Of a DNA stretch of 64,000 nt, positions 33,621 to 43,380 are shown piece by piece. Under the pieces are notes generated by a model that was given only the letters and a program-made list of their open reading frames with translations, was not told the origin of the DNA and made no database searches. The DNA is taken from contig CAXXVO010000008.1 in NCBI GenBank assembly GCA_963422645.2, forward strand, positions 608,001 through 672,000, in the 5' to 3' direction. The DNA comes from Alphaproteobacteria bacterium. Lineage in GTDB: Bacteria; Pseudomonadota; Alphaproteobacteria; UBA828. The first letter of the stretch is position 1, and every line of letters begins with the position of its first letter. The position numbers and the translations under genes were made by a program.

Positions 33621-33702
33621 ATTGGCCCCGACGTCTCGCCAGGGTCGCGGCGAGCGCGGCATCGTGTGCCCCACGGGGGACAGTCGTGCACAAATTTTTG
33701 GT

Positions 33703-33790
33703 GGGATTCGCGGGATAAGTGGGATGTAAGTGGGATAAGTGGGATGTAAGTGGGATAAGTGGGACAAGCGGGATGAGCGGAATTTGGGAC
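33703..33790 (+). repeat. G-tract tandem repeat (GGGATAAGT / GGGATGTAAGT alternating)
   Basis: 20-bp unit repeated ~2.5 times plus degenerate copies; 9 GGG runs. Confidence 0.9.
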
Positions 33791-33899
33791 GGCAAACGCT
33801 CGCCGAGTAAGCACTCCGTCTTCTCGCCTCCACCGACCGCGATCCGCTTGCTCTGCATGGCGCAACGGTGGCGTACCCGTCGCCTCTCATGCACCGCAC

Positions 33900-34113
33900 C
33901 ATGGTCCGGAGTGCCGTGCTCCCTTCCGCGGCCTGGCTCAGCGGCGAATACGGGATGAACGGCCTCTATGTCGGCTTGCTCGCAGTCATCGGCGCGGGTG
34001 GTGTCGAGCACGTTGTCGAAATCGCGCGCGACGATGACGAGCGCGCGACCTTCGCGCACTCCGTCAACGCAGTCCGCACACTCTTGGAGGCGGTGGGCAA
34101 CCTGACCGCATAG
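33900..34113 (+). pseudogene. mdh: Malate dehydrogenase C-terminal fragment
   Basis: VLPSAAWLSGEYGMNGLYVG...VIGAGGVEHVVEI...FAHSVNAV matches the LDH-like MDH C-terminus. Confidence 0.75.
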
Positions 34114-34135
34114 CAAAGCTATCCAGTATGACAGC

Positions 34136-34968
34136 TGGAAACGGCGGTGCGAAATTAGTCCACGGTAGCGGCGAGATGATCTCGCTGCGGGCGGAGCAAG
34201 ACTCTGCCAGATAGGCCCTTCCCGGCGACGGGGAGGGCGGGGGCATGCATACCGTGGAACTTTATCGGAAGGTCCGTCTCGCCTGCCGGGACGGGATGAG
34301 TGAGCGGGCTGCGGCGCGTCACTTCGGGATTTCACGCGAGAGCGTGAAGAAGATGCTGCAGTTTTCGGCGCCGCCGGGCTATCGGCGGACGGCGCCGCTT
34401 CGGCGTCCGAAGCTGGACGGGTTCATCGAGATCATCGACGGGTGGCTGCGGGACGATCTGGAGCAGCTGCCCAAGCAGCGGCACACGGCGAAGCGCATTT
34501 TCGACCGTCTTCGGGCCGAGCACGGGTTCAGCGGCGGCTACACGATTGTGAAGGATCATGTGCGCGAGCATCGGCGCCGGCGGCGAGAGATGTTCGTGCC
34601 GCTGATCCATCCGCCGGGGCATGGGCAGGCGGACTTCGGCGAGGCGCGGGCGGTGATCGGGGGTATCGCGCGCAAGGCGCACTTCTTCGTGTTCGATCTT
34701 CCGCACAGCGACGCCTGCTACGTGCGGGCCTACCCTGCGGCGACGGCCGAGGCGTGGATGGACGGGCATGTGCATGCCTTCGCCTTCTTCGGCGGGGTTC
34801 CCCGATCGGTTCTCTACGACAACGACCGCTGCCTGGTGTCGCGCATCCTGGCGGACGGGACGCGCAAGCGGGCGGGGCTCTTCAACGGGTTCCTGTCGCA
34901 CTACCTCGTGCATGATCGTTACGGGCGTCCGGGCAAGGGGAACGACAAGGGCGCGGTCGAGGGTCTGG
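34136..34968 (+). mobile_element. istA: IS21-family remnant: left end plus 5' half of istA (ATG 34245)
   Basis: End TGGAAACGGCGGTGCG; QADFGE, LYDND, KGNDKGAVEGLV; breaks at ~34968. Confidence 0.88.
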
Positions 34969-35462
34969 TACCAGCCCACCGGCCGCTTGCCGCAGGTGCG
35001 CTCGAAGGATTCGACGGCGAGCCGGATGTGCTCGCGCTCCTCCTCGCGCGAGAGGCGGAACACCTCCTCCCAGCGCCAGCCGTGGCTGCACACCTCGTGG
35101 CCGCCGGCGACGACCGCGCGGGCGACCTCCGGGTTCTGCTCGAAGGCCACGGCGCAGGCGTAGAAGGTGGACTTGATCCCGGTCTCCCCGAAGAGCCGCA
35201 GAATGCGCCAGACGCCGGACCGGGAGCCGTACTCGAACATCGATTCCATGGCGAGGTTGCGGTAGCCCTCGGGCAGCGGGTAGTTGCCGAACTCGGTCAG
35301 CGTTTCCTGGGTCGGATCGCCCATGGCCTCGGAGTACTCCGAACCTTCCTCGTAGTTGACCACCACCGAGACAGCGAGCCGCGCCCCCTTCGGCCACGGG
35401 ACCGCCGGCGGGTTCGCGCCATAGCCCACCAGATCCCGCCCGCCCGAAGATGTCTCCGCCAT
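34968..35462 (-). pseudogene. PuuE-like polysaccharide-deacetylase/allantoinase, 3'-truncated
   Basis: RDLVGYG, NYEEGSE, EYGSRSGVWR, SHGWRW, RPVGWY, then fused to istA. Confidence 0.85.
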
Positions 35463-35536
35463 GATGCGCCTCCCTTCCCCTGCTGCCCCCGCCGGGCGTG
35501 CGTATGCCCGCCTCGCTCGTCGGTCATCATAGAGCG

Positions 35537-36796
35537 TCAAGCGCTGCCGTCGTAATGGGCCTGGAGGATGGCGACCACGCCGTCGCGGCTGTATTCGGGC
35601 GGGATCGCCTCGCCGCCCGCGAACATCTCGCGCAGCCGGGTGCCCGAGATGCGGAGCTTCACGTCGTCGCCGCGTCGGCAGGGCCGGCCCTCGGCATCGC
35701 CGGTCGCCACCGCCGCCACCGCGCGATGGCGCTCCGCCTCGCCCGGAGGGTCCCTTCCCTCTTCGACGGCGAAGCAGACGTTCCCCGTCGCCATGCCCTT
35801 GCAGTCGAAGCAATGGAAGGTGTCGTCGATCTTGAGCGGCCGGATGGCGAGGCTCGCGGCATCGATCTCGTCGAAGATGCGATGGGCGTCGTAGGGACCG
35901 TAGTAGCCGCCGAGCCCGGCATGGTCGCGCCCGATCACCAGGTGCGAGCAGCCGAAATTCTGGCGGAAGAGGGCGTGCAGCAGCGCCTCCCGCGGGCCGG
36001 CGTAGCGCATCTCGATGGGGTAGCCCGCCTGGATCACCCTCCCTTCCACGAAGTGGTTGGCAACCAGCCAGTCGATGGCGCGAACCCGGACATCGGCCGG
36101 GATGTCGCCCGCCTTGAGCGCGCCGAGGACCTGGTGAATCAGCACCCCGTCGCACACTTCCAGCGCGACCTTGGCGAGAAACTCGTGACTGCGGTGCATG
36201 GGGTTGCGGGTCTGGAAGGCGGCGACCGTCGACCAGCCCTTCTCGGCAAAGAGCGCCCGGGTCTCGGCGGGGCGCAGATAGAGCCCCCGGTAGGTCTCGG
36301 GAAAATGGCCCTCGGAGAAGACCGAGACGGGGCCCGCCAGGTTGACCGCGCCCTGCGCCATGACCTTGGCGACGCCCGGGTGGGACTCGTCGGTCGTGCC
36401 ATAGACCTCGCGGCACTCCAGGTGCTTGTCGATGGCGTATCTCTCGGTGAGCGCGAGGACGCCGAGGATCTCCCCACCCGCATCCGTCAGCGCCACCTCG
36501 TCGGCGACGGCGATGGCGAAGTCCTCGCCGCAGGAAAGCGTGATGGGCAGCGGCCAGAAGAGCCCGTTTTCCAGCCGCATCTCCAGGCACGCGCCGCGCC
36601 AGTCGGCCTCGCCCATGAAGCCCGCGAGCGGCGTGTAGGCGCCCATGGCGAGCATGAAGAGGTCCGAGACCTCGCGGCTCGACAGCGGCAGCCGCTTCAG
36701 GGTGCGCGCCCGCTTCAGCGCCTCGTCGCGTTCCTCTTCGGGCAGCAGCAGGGGCGTCAGGGCGGCGTCGCCGTGCGGGGGGATCAGTGTCGACAT
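35537..36796 (-). CDS. sat: Sulfate adenylyltransferase
   Basis: AFQTRNPMHRSHE, MRYAGPREA, IGRDHAG, ISGTRLR. Confidence 0.93.
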   Translation of the reverse strand: MSTLIPPHGDAALTPLLLPEEERDEALKRARTLKRLPLSSREVSDLFMLAMGAYTPLAGFMGEADWRGACLEMRLENGLFWPLPITLSCGEDFAIAVADEVALTDAGGEILGVLALTERYAIDKHLECREVYGTTDESHPGVAKVMAQGAVNLAGPVSVFSEGHFPETYRGLYLRPAETRALFAEKGWSTVAAFQTRNPMHRSHEFLAKVALEVCDGVLIHQVLGALKAGDIPADVRVRAIDWLVANHFVEGRVIQAGYPIEMRYAGPREALLHALFRQNFGCSHLVIGRDHAGLGGYYGPYDAHRIFDEIDAASLAIRPLKIDDTFHCFDCKGMATGNVCFAVEEGRDPPGEAERHRAVAAVATGDAEGRPCRRGDDVKLRISGTRLREMFAGGEAIPPEYSRDGVVAILQAHYDGSA

Positions 36797-36802
36797 GGGG
36801 CG

Positions 36803-36997
36803 TCAGCGCCGGTTGGCGACTTCCTTTCGGATTTCCTTCGACTTGGCTTCGGGCAGGACCCAGATCGCACCGGCCATCAGCGGCCCCAGGGCGAGGGTCA
36901 CCCAGCGCACGATCCCGGTGCTGTCGTCGAGGAAGAACACCGCCACGCACAGCGCGAGGGCGAGGGCGGAGACCAGGATCTTGTAGTTGTTGGGCAT
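36803..36997 (-). CDS. Small two-TM membrane protein
   Basis: 64 aa, two hydrophobic segments, GAAGGAAG RBS, operon position. Confidence 0.6.
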   Translation of the reverse strand: MPNNYKILVSALALALCVAVFFLDDSTGIVRWVTLALGPLMAGAIWVLPEAKSKEIRKEVANRR

Positions 36998-37017
36998 TGC
37001 TCGCTTCCTTCGCGATC

Positions 37018-37323
37018 TCAGGCGGACGCGAACGCGTCGATTGCCGCGGCCACGTCGGCGCTCGTCATCTCCCACGTGTTGCCGAAGTTGGCCACGACGT
37101 CGCGCATGAAGGGCTCGACAAGATCAAGGGCGCGGGCCTCCTCGCCCGCACCGAGGTGATTGGCCAGGATCGCGAGCGCGAGCTGACGCGACTGTGCGCC
37201 TTCATAGGTCCACTCGAAGCCGGTCCCGCTGTAGCGGCGTATGTCGAGCCTCTGGTCGAGGGGCTCGTCGTCAACGGTGACGACGAGCCCGTCGATGGTC
37301 CGATCCCCGGCGTATGTCTTCAT
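37018..37323 (-). CDS. DUF6166-like protein
   Basis: GFEWTYEG..SRQLALAILANHLG motif. Confidence 0.65.
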   Translation of the reverse strand: MKTYAGDRTIDGLVVTVDDEPLDQRLDIRRYSGTGFEWTYEGAQSRQLALAILANHLGAGEEARALDLVEPFMRDVVANFGNTWEMTSADVAAAIDAFASA

Positions 37324-37585
37324 GGCGTTGCTCCGAAGCGGGGCTGAACGTCGCCCATCGTAGATTCGTCCGCGCCGACGCTACAGTCACGATAGCCGAC
37401 CCGTTCCGCCGACGCGCCATCGATCGCCCATCGGCGCGGCGCCGCGATTTTGTGGTGCGCGCCCCATGTTGTTGTCGCGCGCCCGTCCTTGACGGGCTCG
37501 CGACAGGCCGCGACTGCGGCCCGCCACTCCTGTGGCGCCCTCGCGGAGGCGCGGGCCGCAGGCCGGCTGCCGTGAGCGACAAGAC

Positions 37586-37622
37586 GCTAGAGCGTTTCCG
37601 TGCGAAACGGAAACGCTCTAGC
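37586..37622. repeat. Perfect 15-bp-arm palindrome, CTAG-flanked miniature repeat
   Basis: GCTAGAGCGTTTCCG-tgcgaaa-CGGAAACGCTCTAGC. Confidence 0.8.
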
Positions 37623-37709
37623 ATACCCGCGTACAGGCGGCCGGGACGTGCTGCCGCAATCGCCGAAGCATCCCACTTCCGAACAAGCTTTCGCGTAACG
37701 GAGCCGCAC

Positions 37710-38393
37710 TTGAGCGAGAGTGAGAGAGAGTCGGACGCGGGCCAGCGCAAGGACCCGGACCGCAGCCTCACTGACCAGGCATACGTCGCGCTCGAGGAGA
37801 TGATCTGCACGCTCAGGCTCGAGCCTGGCGAGGTGCTCTCAGAGGGTGCGCTCTCGCAGACGCTCGGCATCGGACGCACGCCGGTGCGCGAGGCGTTGCA
37901 GCGCCTGGCGCGGGAGGGGCTGGTCACCGTGCTCCCCCGGCGCGGTGTCCTCGTCTCGGAGTTCAACGTCGGAAAGCAGCTCCGGATGCTGGAGGTGCGC
38001 CGCGAGCTCGAGCGGCTGATGGTTCGCTCCGCCGCGTCTCGCGCAACGGCCGACGAGCGCGCCCGCTTCGCGGCAATCGCCCGTGCGATATACGAGAGTG
38101 CCGCTGCGGGCGACGACATCAGCTTCATGCGCCTCGATCGCGAGTTCAATGTGCTGGTGAGCCAGGTGAATCGCAACGAGTTCGCAGCCGAAGCGATCTC
38201 GTTGATGGCCGGCCTTTCGCGGCGCTTCTGGTTCATGCACCACCGCCAGGACGGCGATCTGTCGTTGATCGCGAGACTCCATGCCGATATCGCCAACGCC
38301 ATCGCGGCAGGTGACGAGGCGGCGGCGGCGGCGGCGAGCGATGCCTTGCTGGAGTACATCGAATCGATCACGCGGGCGGCGGTGGACTGGTGA
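37710..38393 (+). CDS. GntR/FCD transcriptional regulator
   Basis: LEPGEVLSE...IGRTPVREALQRL wHTH plus FCD domain. Confidence 0.9.
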   Translation: MSESERESDAGQRKDPDRSLTDQAYVALEEMICTLRLEPGEVLSEGALSQTLGIGRTPVREALQRLAREGLVTVLPRRGVLVSEFNVGKQLRMLEVRRELERLMVRSAASRATADERARFAAIARAIYESAAAGDDISFMRLDREFNVLVSQVNRNEFAAEAISLMAGLSRRFWFMHHRQDGDLSLIARLHADIANAIAAGDEAAAAAASDALLEYIESITRAAVDW

Positions 38394-38552
38394 GCGGCAT
38401 GGCGGTAGCGAAACCCTTGCACCTGCACGCCGCGATACTCAAGATCGGGGCTGCAGCGTGATTGTTTTGCACTTGATATTCGACTAATATATTACTCTCG
38501 GAACGCCTTGGCGCGCCAGCGCTCAAGCCCAGGGGGCACAGGGGGCACAACC

Positions 38553-39356
38553 ATGGAACTCGCGAACTCACCGATGGACGAGCGCCAGCGGATCTACCGT
38601 GAGGTCTACCGGGAGCGCATCGCGGCCTGGTACAACGGCTATCTGCACGTCGCGATCATCTACCTCATCGGCGCCTGCGCGCTCTACGTCTGTCTCTCCC
38701 ATCTCGGGAACCTGCAGTGGTGGGAGTGGCTCACGATCCCCGTGGTGCTGCTGGCGAGCAACATCTTCGAGTGGCTGCTCCATGTCCAGGTGATGCACCG
38801 GCCGCGCAAGTGGAAGGGCTTCCGCGCCATCTACACGCGTCACATGCTCATGCACCACCAGTTCTTCACCGACAAGGAGATGCGCTTCGCCGGCCAGCAC
38901 GACTGGCGGGTGACCGTCTTCCCGCCCTACGCGCTTGTCGTGTTCATCCTGATGTCGACGCCGCCGGCTCTGGTCGCGGGCTTTGTCATCTCGGCGAACG
39001 TGGGCTGGCTCGTCATCGCCACCACGACCAGTCTCTATCTGCTCTACGAGTTCATGCACTTCTGCTGCCACATCGACGAGAACCGCTTCGTGCGCTACTG
39101 CCCCTTCGTGAACACGATCCGGCGCCACCACGCGGCGCACCACGACCAGTCGATCATGATGGAGCGCAACATGAACCTGACCTTCCCCATCGCGGACTGG
39201 ATGTTCGGTACGTCGGACCTCGATCGCGGCCTGCTCGGGCACCTCTTCAACGGCTATTCGACGAAGTACGTGAAGACCGACATGCGCAAGAGTGCCAGGA
39301 CGCCGAAGGTGAAGGCACGCTCCCCGGTCGATGCAGCGGTCGGCAGCCCCGCCTGA
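38553..39356 (+). CDS. Fatty acid hydroxylase/sterol desaturase family protein
   Basis: His boxes HVQVMH, HMLMHH, HFCCH, HHAAHH; transmembrane segments. Confidence 0.85.
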   Translation: MELANSPMDERQRIYREVYRERIAAWYNGYLHVAIIYLIGACALYVCLSHLGNLQWWEWLTIPVVLLASNIFEWLLHVQVMHRPRKWKGFRAIYTRHMLMHHQFFTDKEMRFAGQHDWRVTVFPPYALVVFILMSTPPALVAGFVISANVGWLVIATTTSLYLLYEFMHFCCHIDENRFVRYCPFVNTIRRHHAAHHDQSIMMERNMNLTFPIADWMFGTSDLDRGLLGHLFNGYSTKYVKTDMRKSARTPKVKARSPVDAAVGSPA

Positions 39357-39572
39357 GGCCGACGCGCCCACGGGCGCCTGAAGACGGATTCGCATGACTA
39401 GCGGCGGCGCCGGATTCCGGTGCCGCCGCAGCGCGCTTTCCGGCCCGACGCCGCCTGCTCCTCTCCCCTTCGCGTCGAATGGACGGACCCCGCCCTCAGG
39501 CCGCGCAAACCACCGCTCTCGGCAAACTCTGGTAACGTGCCCCGCAGACCACCTCGAGCCAGGAGAAGGGCC

Positions 39573-40475
39573 ATGACCAGCCACGCGACCGGGGACGGAG
39601 GCATTCCGCCGAGAGATGCTGCGGCGCGCGGGCTGAAGCGGATCATGACGCTCGGTGGTGCGTACGGGACCCGCAACTACACCGTGAAGGACCTGCGCGA
39701 TCAGAAGGGAAAGCGCGTGCTGGTGGAGACCCTGCCCTTCTCCCCGGAGGAAGCAGCCGCCGCCGAGGAGGCCGGCATCGATACCATGAAGACGCGCTTC
39801 GACCCCCGCCAACCCGATCTCGCGGCGGCGATCCGGCGCGCGGCCCCCAACACGTTCATGGCCTTTTCCGTACCGCTCGTTGCCGCCGCGAGCGAGGTCG
39901 AAGCGGTCCGCATCGGCTACGATGCGATGGCGCACGGGGCGGACGCGATCATGTGCCAGTGGAGCCCCCGCTTCGTGGCGGCAGCAGCCGACGCGGGCAT
40001 TCCGATCCAGGGCCACGCGGGGCTGGTCCCCCGAAAGAGCACCTGGACCGGGGGCTTGCGTGCAGTCGGAAAGACCCTCGACGAAGCCATGTGGGTGTAC
40101 CGCGAGATCGAGGCCCTCGAGAACGCCGGCGCCTACGCGGTGGAAGTCGAGGTCATCCCCGCTCAACTGCTGGTCGAGATCAGCAAGCGCACGCGGCTCC
40201 TCACCTCTTCCATCGGGGCTGGCAGCGGCGGGGATATCCAGTTTCTCTTCGCCGACGATATCCTCGGCAACAATCCGCCCCCCTACCCCCGGCACTCGAA
40301 GCAGTACCGGCACCTCTACAAGATGAAGGAAGCAATGCAGGCCGAGCGGGTGGCCGGATTCCGGGAGTTCGTCGCCGATGTCCACGAGGGCCGCTTCCCC
40401 GGACCGGAGCACATCGTCAACGCCTCGGACAACCTCGTCGACTCCTTCGTCGATGCGGTGGAGTCCGGTGGTTGA
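39573..40475 (+). CDS. Divergent PanB-like (ketopantoate hydroxymethyltransferase-fold) protein
   Basis: GHAGLVP, ENAGAYAVEVEVIP, SIGAG, DILG, GRFP; lacks LVGDS. Confidence 0.7.
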   Translation: MTSHATGDGGIPPRDAAARGLKRIMTLGGAYGTRNYTVKDLRDQKGKRVLVETLPFSPEEAAAAEEAGIDTMKTRFDPRQPDLAAAIRRAAPNTFMAFSVPLVAAASEVEAVRIGYDAMAHGADAIMCQWSPRFVAAAADAGIPIQGHAGLVPRKSTWTGGLRAVGKTLDEAMWVYREIEALENAGAYAVEVEVIPAQLLVEISKRTRLLTSSIGAGSGGDIQFLFADDILGNNPPPYPRHSKQYRHLYKMKEAMQAERVAGFREFVADVHEGRFPGPEHIVNASDNLVDSFVDAVESGG

Positions 40476-40505
40476 ACAGCCCCCGATAACGCAGGAGACA
40501 AATCG

Positions 40506-41354
40506 TTGAGCGAAGCGCAGACAAGCAAAGGGCAGGCATTCAAGGACCTGCATTCGGCCGACGGCATATTCGTGATGCCGAACGCATGGAACGCCGGCGG
40601 CGCCTACATGCTGCAAGCAGCGGGTTTTCCCGCCGTCGGCACCAGTAGCGCGGGGATCGCATTCGGTCTCGGTCTCCCCGATTACGAAGGCGTGCTCACC
40701 CGGCAAGCGGCGCTGGAGGAGACCGCACGGATTGCAGGCGCGCTTCGGATACCCGTCAGCATGGATGCGGAAAACGGCTACGGACATACGCCGGAAGAGG
40801 TGACCGATACCATCCGCCGGGCGGCCGAGACCGGCGTGGTGGGGGCCAGCATCGAGGACTATGCCGCCGCCTACGGCACAGGCGATCTTTATGATCGGGC
40901 GCTAGCGGTGGAGAGGATCGAGGCTGCGGCGACCGCCGCCGCCTCCCTTCCCTTTCCATTCACGCTGACGGCGCGAGCCGAATGTTATCTCATGGGGCAT
41001 CCGAACCCCTTCGAGGAATCGGTGACACGGGTCAACATGTACCGTGAAGCGGGTGCGGACTGCCTCTATGTCCCCGGCGTCAAGGACCCCGAGACCATCG
41101 GCAGGCTGGTGAAGGAAGTCGACGGGCCGGTCAACGTGGTCATGGGTCTTGCCGGCAGTCCGATGAGCGTGGGCCAGCTCAAGGACCTGGGCGTGAAGCG
41201 GGTGAGCATCGGTGGCTCGCTCGCCCGGGCCACGTTTGGCCTGATCCGTCGGGCAGCGGAAGAAATGCGTGACCGCGGCACCTTTACCTATTCCGAAGAG
41301 CAGGTGCCGAACGGCGAACTTTGCCGCTTCTTTGACGAACAGCGGGGCTCATGA
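40506..41354 (+). CDS. Isocitrate lyase/PEP mutase family protein
   Basis: MPNAWN, TSSAG, DAENGYG, SIED, AGADCLYVPG. Confidence 0.88.
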   Translation: MSEAQTSKGQAFKDLHSADGIFVMPNAWNAGGAYMLQAAGFPAVGTSSAGIAFGLGLPDYEGVLTRQAALEETARIAGALRIPVSMDAENGYGHTPEEVTDTIRRAAETGVVGASIEDYAAAYGTGDLYDRALAVERIEAAATAAASLPFPFTLTARAECYLMGHPNPFEESVTRVNMYREAGADCLYVPGVKDPETIGRLVKEVDGPVNVVMGLAGSPMSVGQLKDLGVKRVSIGGSLARATFGLIRRAAEEMRDRGTFTYSEEQVPNGELCRFFDEQRGS

Positions 41355-41576
41355 GCCCCGTAAGCGGGCGCGACCGTGGTTAGAAACAACAGTTACGTCT
41401 TGTTCCTGCTGATGCTCGTACTTGCTTAGGAGTACTCGGATACCGCTGTAACATTGGGTTTTGGCCGATATCCGACGATCCTGAAAGGCCAGGAGAGGTC
41501 AGGAACACCCCTGAAGTTACTCTCATGTGTTGTGGTTGGTGTTGATTGCGATCCCAAGCCATGCCATCATGCCCGC

Positions 41577-42845
41577 ATGCCAAATTCCGGGAAGCGCGTC
41601 GCGCGCGTCAAGCTCACCATCGCCAAGCGCGCCATCGACAGCCTCGAGCCCGCCAACAAGCCATGGATCGCCTGGGATGACAAGCTGACAGGCTATGGCG
41701 TCCTCGTGCACCCCTCGGGCGTCAAGTCCTACATCGTCAACTACCGCCTGGGCGCGGGCGGCAGGACGGCGCCCAACAAGCGCCTCGTCATCGGACGCTG
41801 TGACAGGATGGCGGCCGAGCAGGCGCGGCGCGAGGCCCACAGGCTGCTCGGCATGGTCGCCATGGGCGAGGACCCGGCGGCCGAGCGCGCGAGGAGCCGG
41901 CGCATGCCCCCGCTCAGGCAGGCCTTCGAGCAGTACATGAGGGCCAATCCCAAGCGCAAGGCGAGCACCAACGAGTCCTACCGCGACCGCTTCGAGCGGC
42001 CGCTCGCCGACTGGCTTGCCCGTCCCCTCGACGCCATTACCCGGAGCGACGTGGAGGACCGTTTCAACCGCATCACCGAGAAGCATGGCTGGGCGACGGC
42101 CAACCAGTGCATCTCGCTCTTGCGCTCGGTCTATCGCCGGCCCTGCGTGGACATCGAGGGACTGGCCAATCCGGTCGACCTCTGGCTCGCAGGCGGCGGG
42201 AGGTTCCATCCCAAGCCGCGCCGCAAGATCCCGCCACCGGCGGAGGTCCTTCCGTGCTGGCGGAAGGGGATCGAGGCCGTAGTGAGCAACCCCGCCCTTC
42301 GCGACGTGTTCTGGTTCGGCATGTACACCGGCATGCGGCTCGGCGAGGTGCTGCCGCTCCGATGGGAGCGTGTGGACAGGGAGGCGCTCGTCTTCCGCGT
42401 GGATGAGACCAAGACGGGCGCGCCGCTGGAGCTGCCCATCACCCGGCAGCTGGCAGCCATTCTCGATCGCCGGTGGGCCGAGAGCGGCCACCTGCCGGGC
42501 GGTTGGGTGTTTTCCTCTGCCTCCAGCCGCACGGGCTATTTCGTGAAGTTGACCTATTTCCATCGCCGCATCAGCGAGGCAGGTGGCGCAAAATTCTGGT
42601 TCCACGGGCTGCGCAACTGCTTCATCACGGTGGCCGAGCGCGAGTTGATGCTCCCGCACGCCCTGACCAAGCGGCTGGTGAACCACGCGCCGCCCAACGA
42701 CGTCACCGAGGGGTACGCCGCCGACTGGACGATCGGGCAGCTGCGCGGGCCGGCTCAGCGCATAGCGGATTGCATCGAGGCCTTAATGATAAGTGCAGAC
42801 TCCGAGCGTATCTGCGGCGAATGGGCGGCGGTCGGGTCCTCATAA
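41577..42845 (+). CDS. Tyrosine integrase with arm-binding N-terminal domain
   Basis: WDDKLTGYGV arm domain; catalytic R (GMRLGE), HGLR, VNH, EGY. Confidence 0.92.
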   Translation: MPNSGKRVARVKLTIAKRAIDSLEPANKPWIAWDDKLTGYGVLVHPSGVKSYIVNYRLGAGGRTAPNKRLVIGRCDRMAAEQARREAHRLLGMVAMGEDPAAERARSRRMPPLRQAFEQYMRANPKRKASTNESYRDRFERPLADWLARPLDAITRSDVEDRFNRITEKHGWATANQCISLLRSVYRRPCVDIEGLANPVDLWLAGGGRFHPKPRRKIPPPAEVLPCWRKGIEAVVSNPALRDVFWFGMYTGMRLGEVLPLRWERVDREALVFRVDETKTGAPLELPITRQLAAILDRRWAESGHLPGGWVFSSASSRTGYFVKLTYFHRRISEAGGAKFWFHGLRNCFITVAERELMLPHALTKRLVNHAPPNDVTEGYAADWTIGQLRGPAQRIADCIEALMISADSERICGEWAAVGSS

Positions 42846-42883
42846 CCTGAAGGTCGCAGGTTCAAATCCTACCCCCGCAACCA
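42839..42883 (+). other. 3' fragment of tRNA-fMet(CAT), integration att site
   Basis: CTCATAACCTGAAGGTCGCAGGTTCAAATCCTACCCCCGCAACCA; no 5' acceptor strand or D arm upstream. Confidence 0.88.
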
Positions 42884-42893
42884 AAACCGGCCG

Positions 42894-42930
42894 AAAATAC
42901 CCCGCTAACACAGATGGTTAGCGGAGTATT
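42894..42930 (+). terminator. Hairpin immediately after the tRNA fragment
   Basis: AAATACCCCGCTAAC-acagatg-GTTAGCGGAGTATTT. Confidence 0.6.
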
Positions 42931-43380
42931 TCAATTCAAACCAAAATGGAGCGGTTTTCTTCAGGCACCATATCGGTACCACTTTTTTGTAATCTCCAGA
43001 CCGCTCCTGACCACCAACAACGGTAACGGTTCCGTTGTGCCGTTAGAAGTTGACGGGGGTAGGGGCGGAAAACGGCCGCTGAGGTAGGAGATCGGCCGGC
43101 TGAGCGCGCCATCCACGCCTGCCGGTCGTATGATTCCACGGTACAACCGAACCGATACCAACAACGGCGGAGTTCGGCTGGCCCTGCTGACGGCCGGTGG
43201 ACATTGCAGAACGGGCGCGGCGCGGCGATCCCCCATATGTTTGACTGCGGTTTCGATGGCAACGGTCATTCCGAGCCGCCGCCGCTATGGCATCGCGGCT
43301 CGGACTCGGGCATGTTCGGCCCGGTTGTAATGATCGCGCCGGCCTGGAACCGGCGGGAGGCGGGACGCAGGAAGCACGCG

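Noticed and set aside
33703-33790. CRISPR array
   Set aside because: Units are 9-11 bp with no unique spacers, and there are no cas genes
34245-35555. 436-aa full-length IstA ORF
   Set aside because: After residue ~240 it is antisense read-through of the puuE-like gene
42810-42883. Intact tRNA-Met gene
   Set aside because: The 5' acceptor strand and D arm are absent; the upstream sequence is integrase coding sequence
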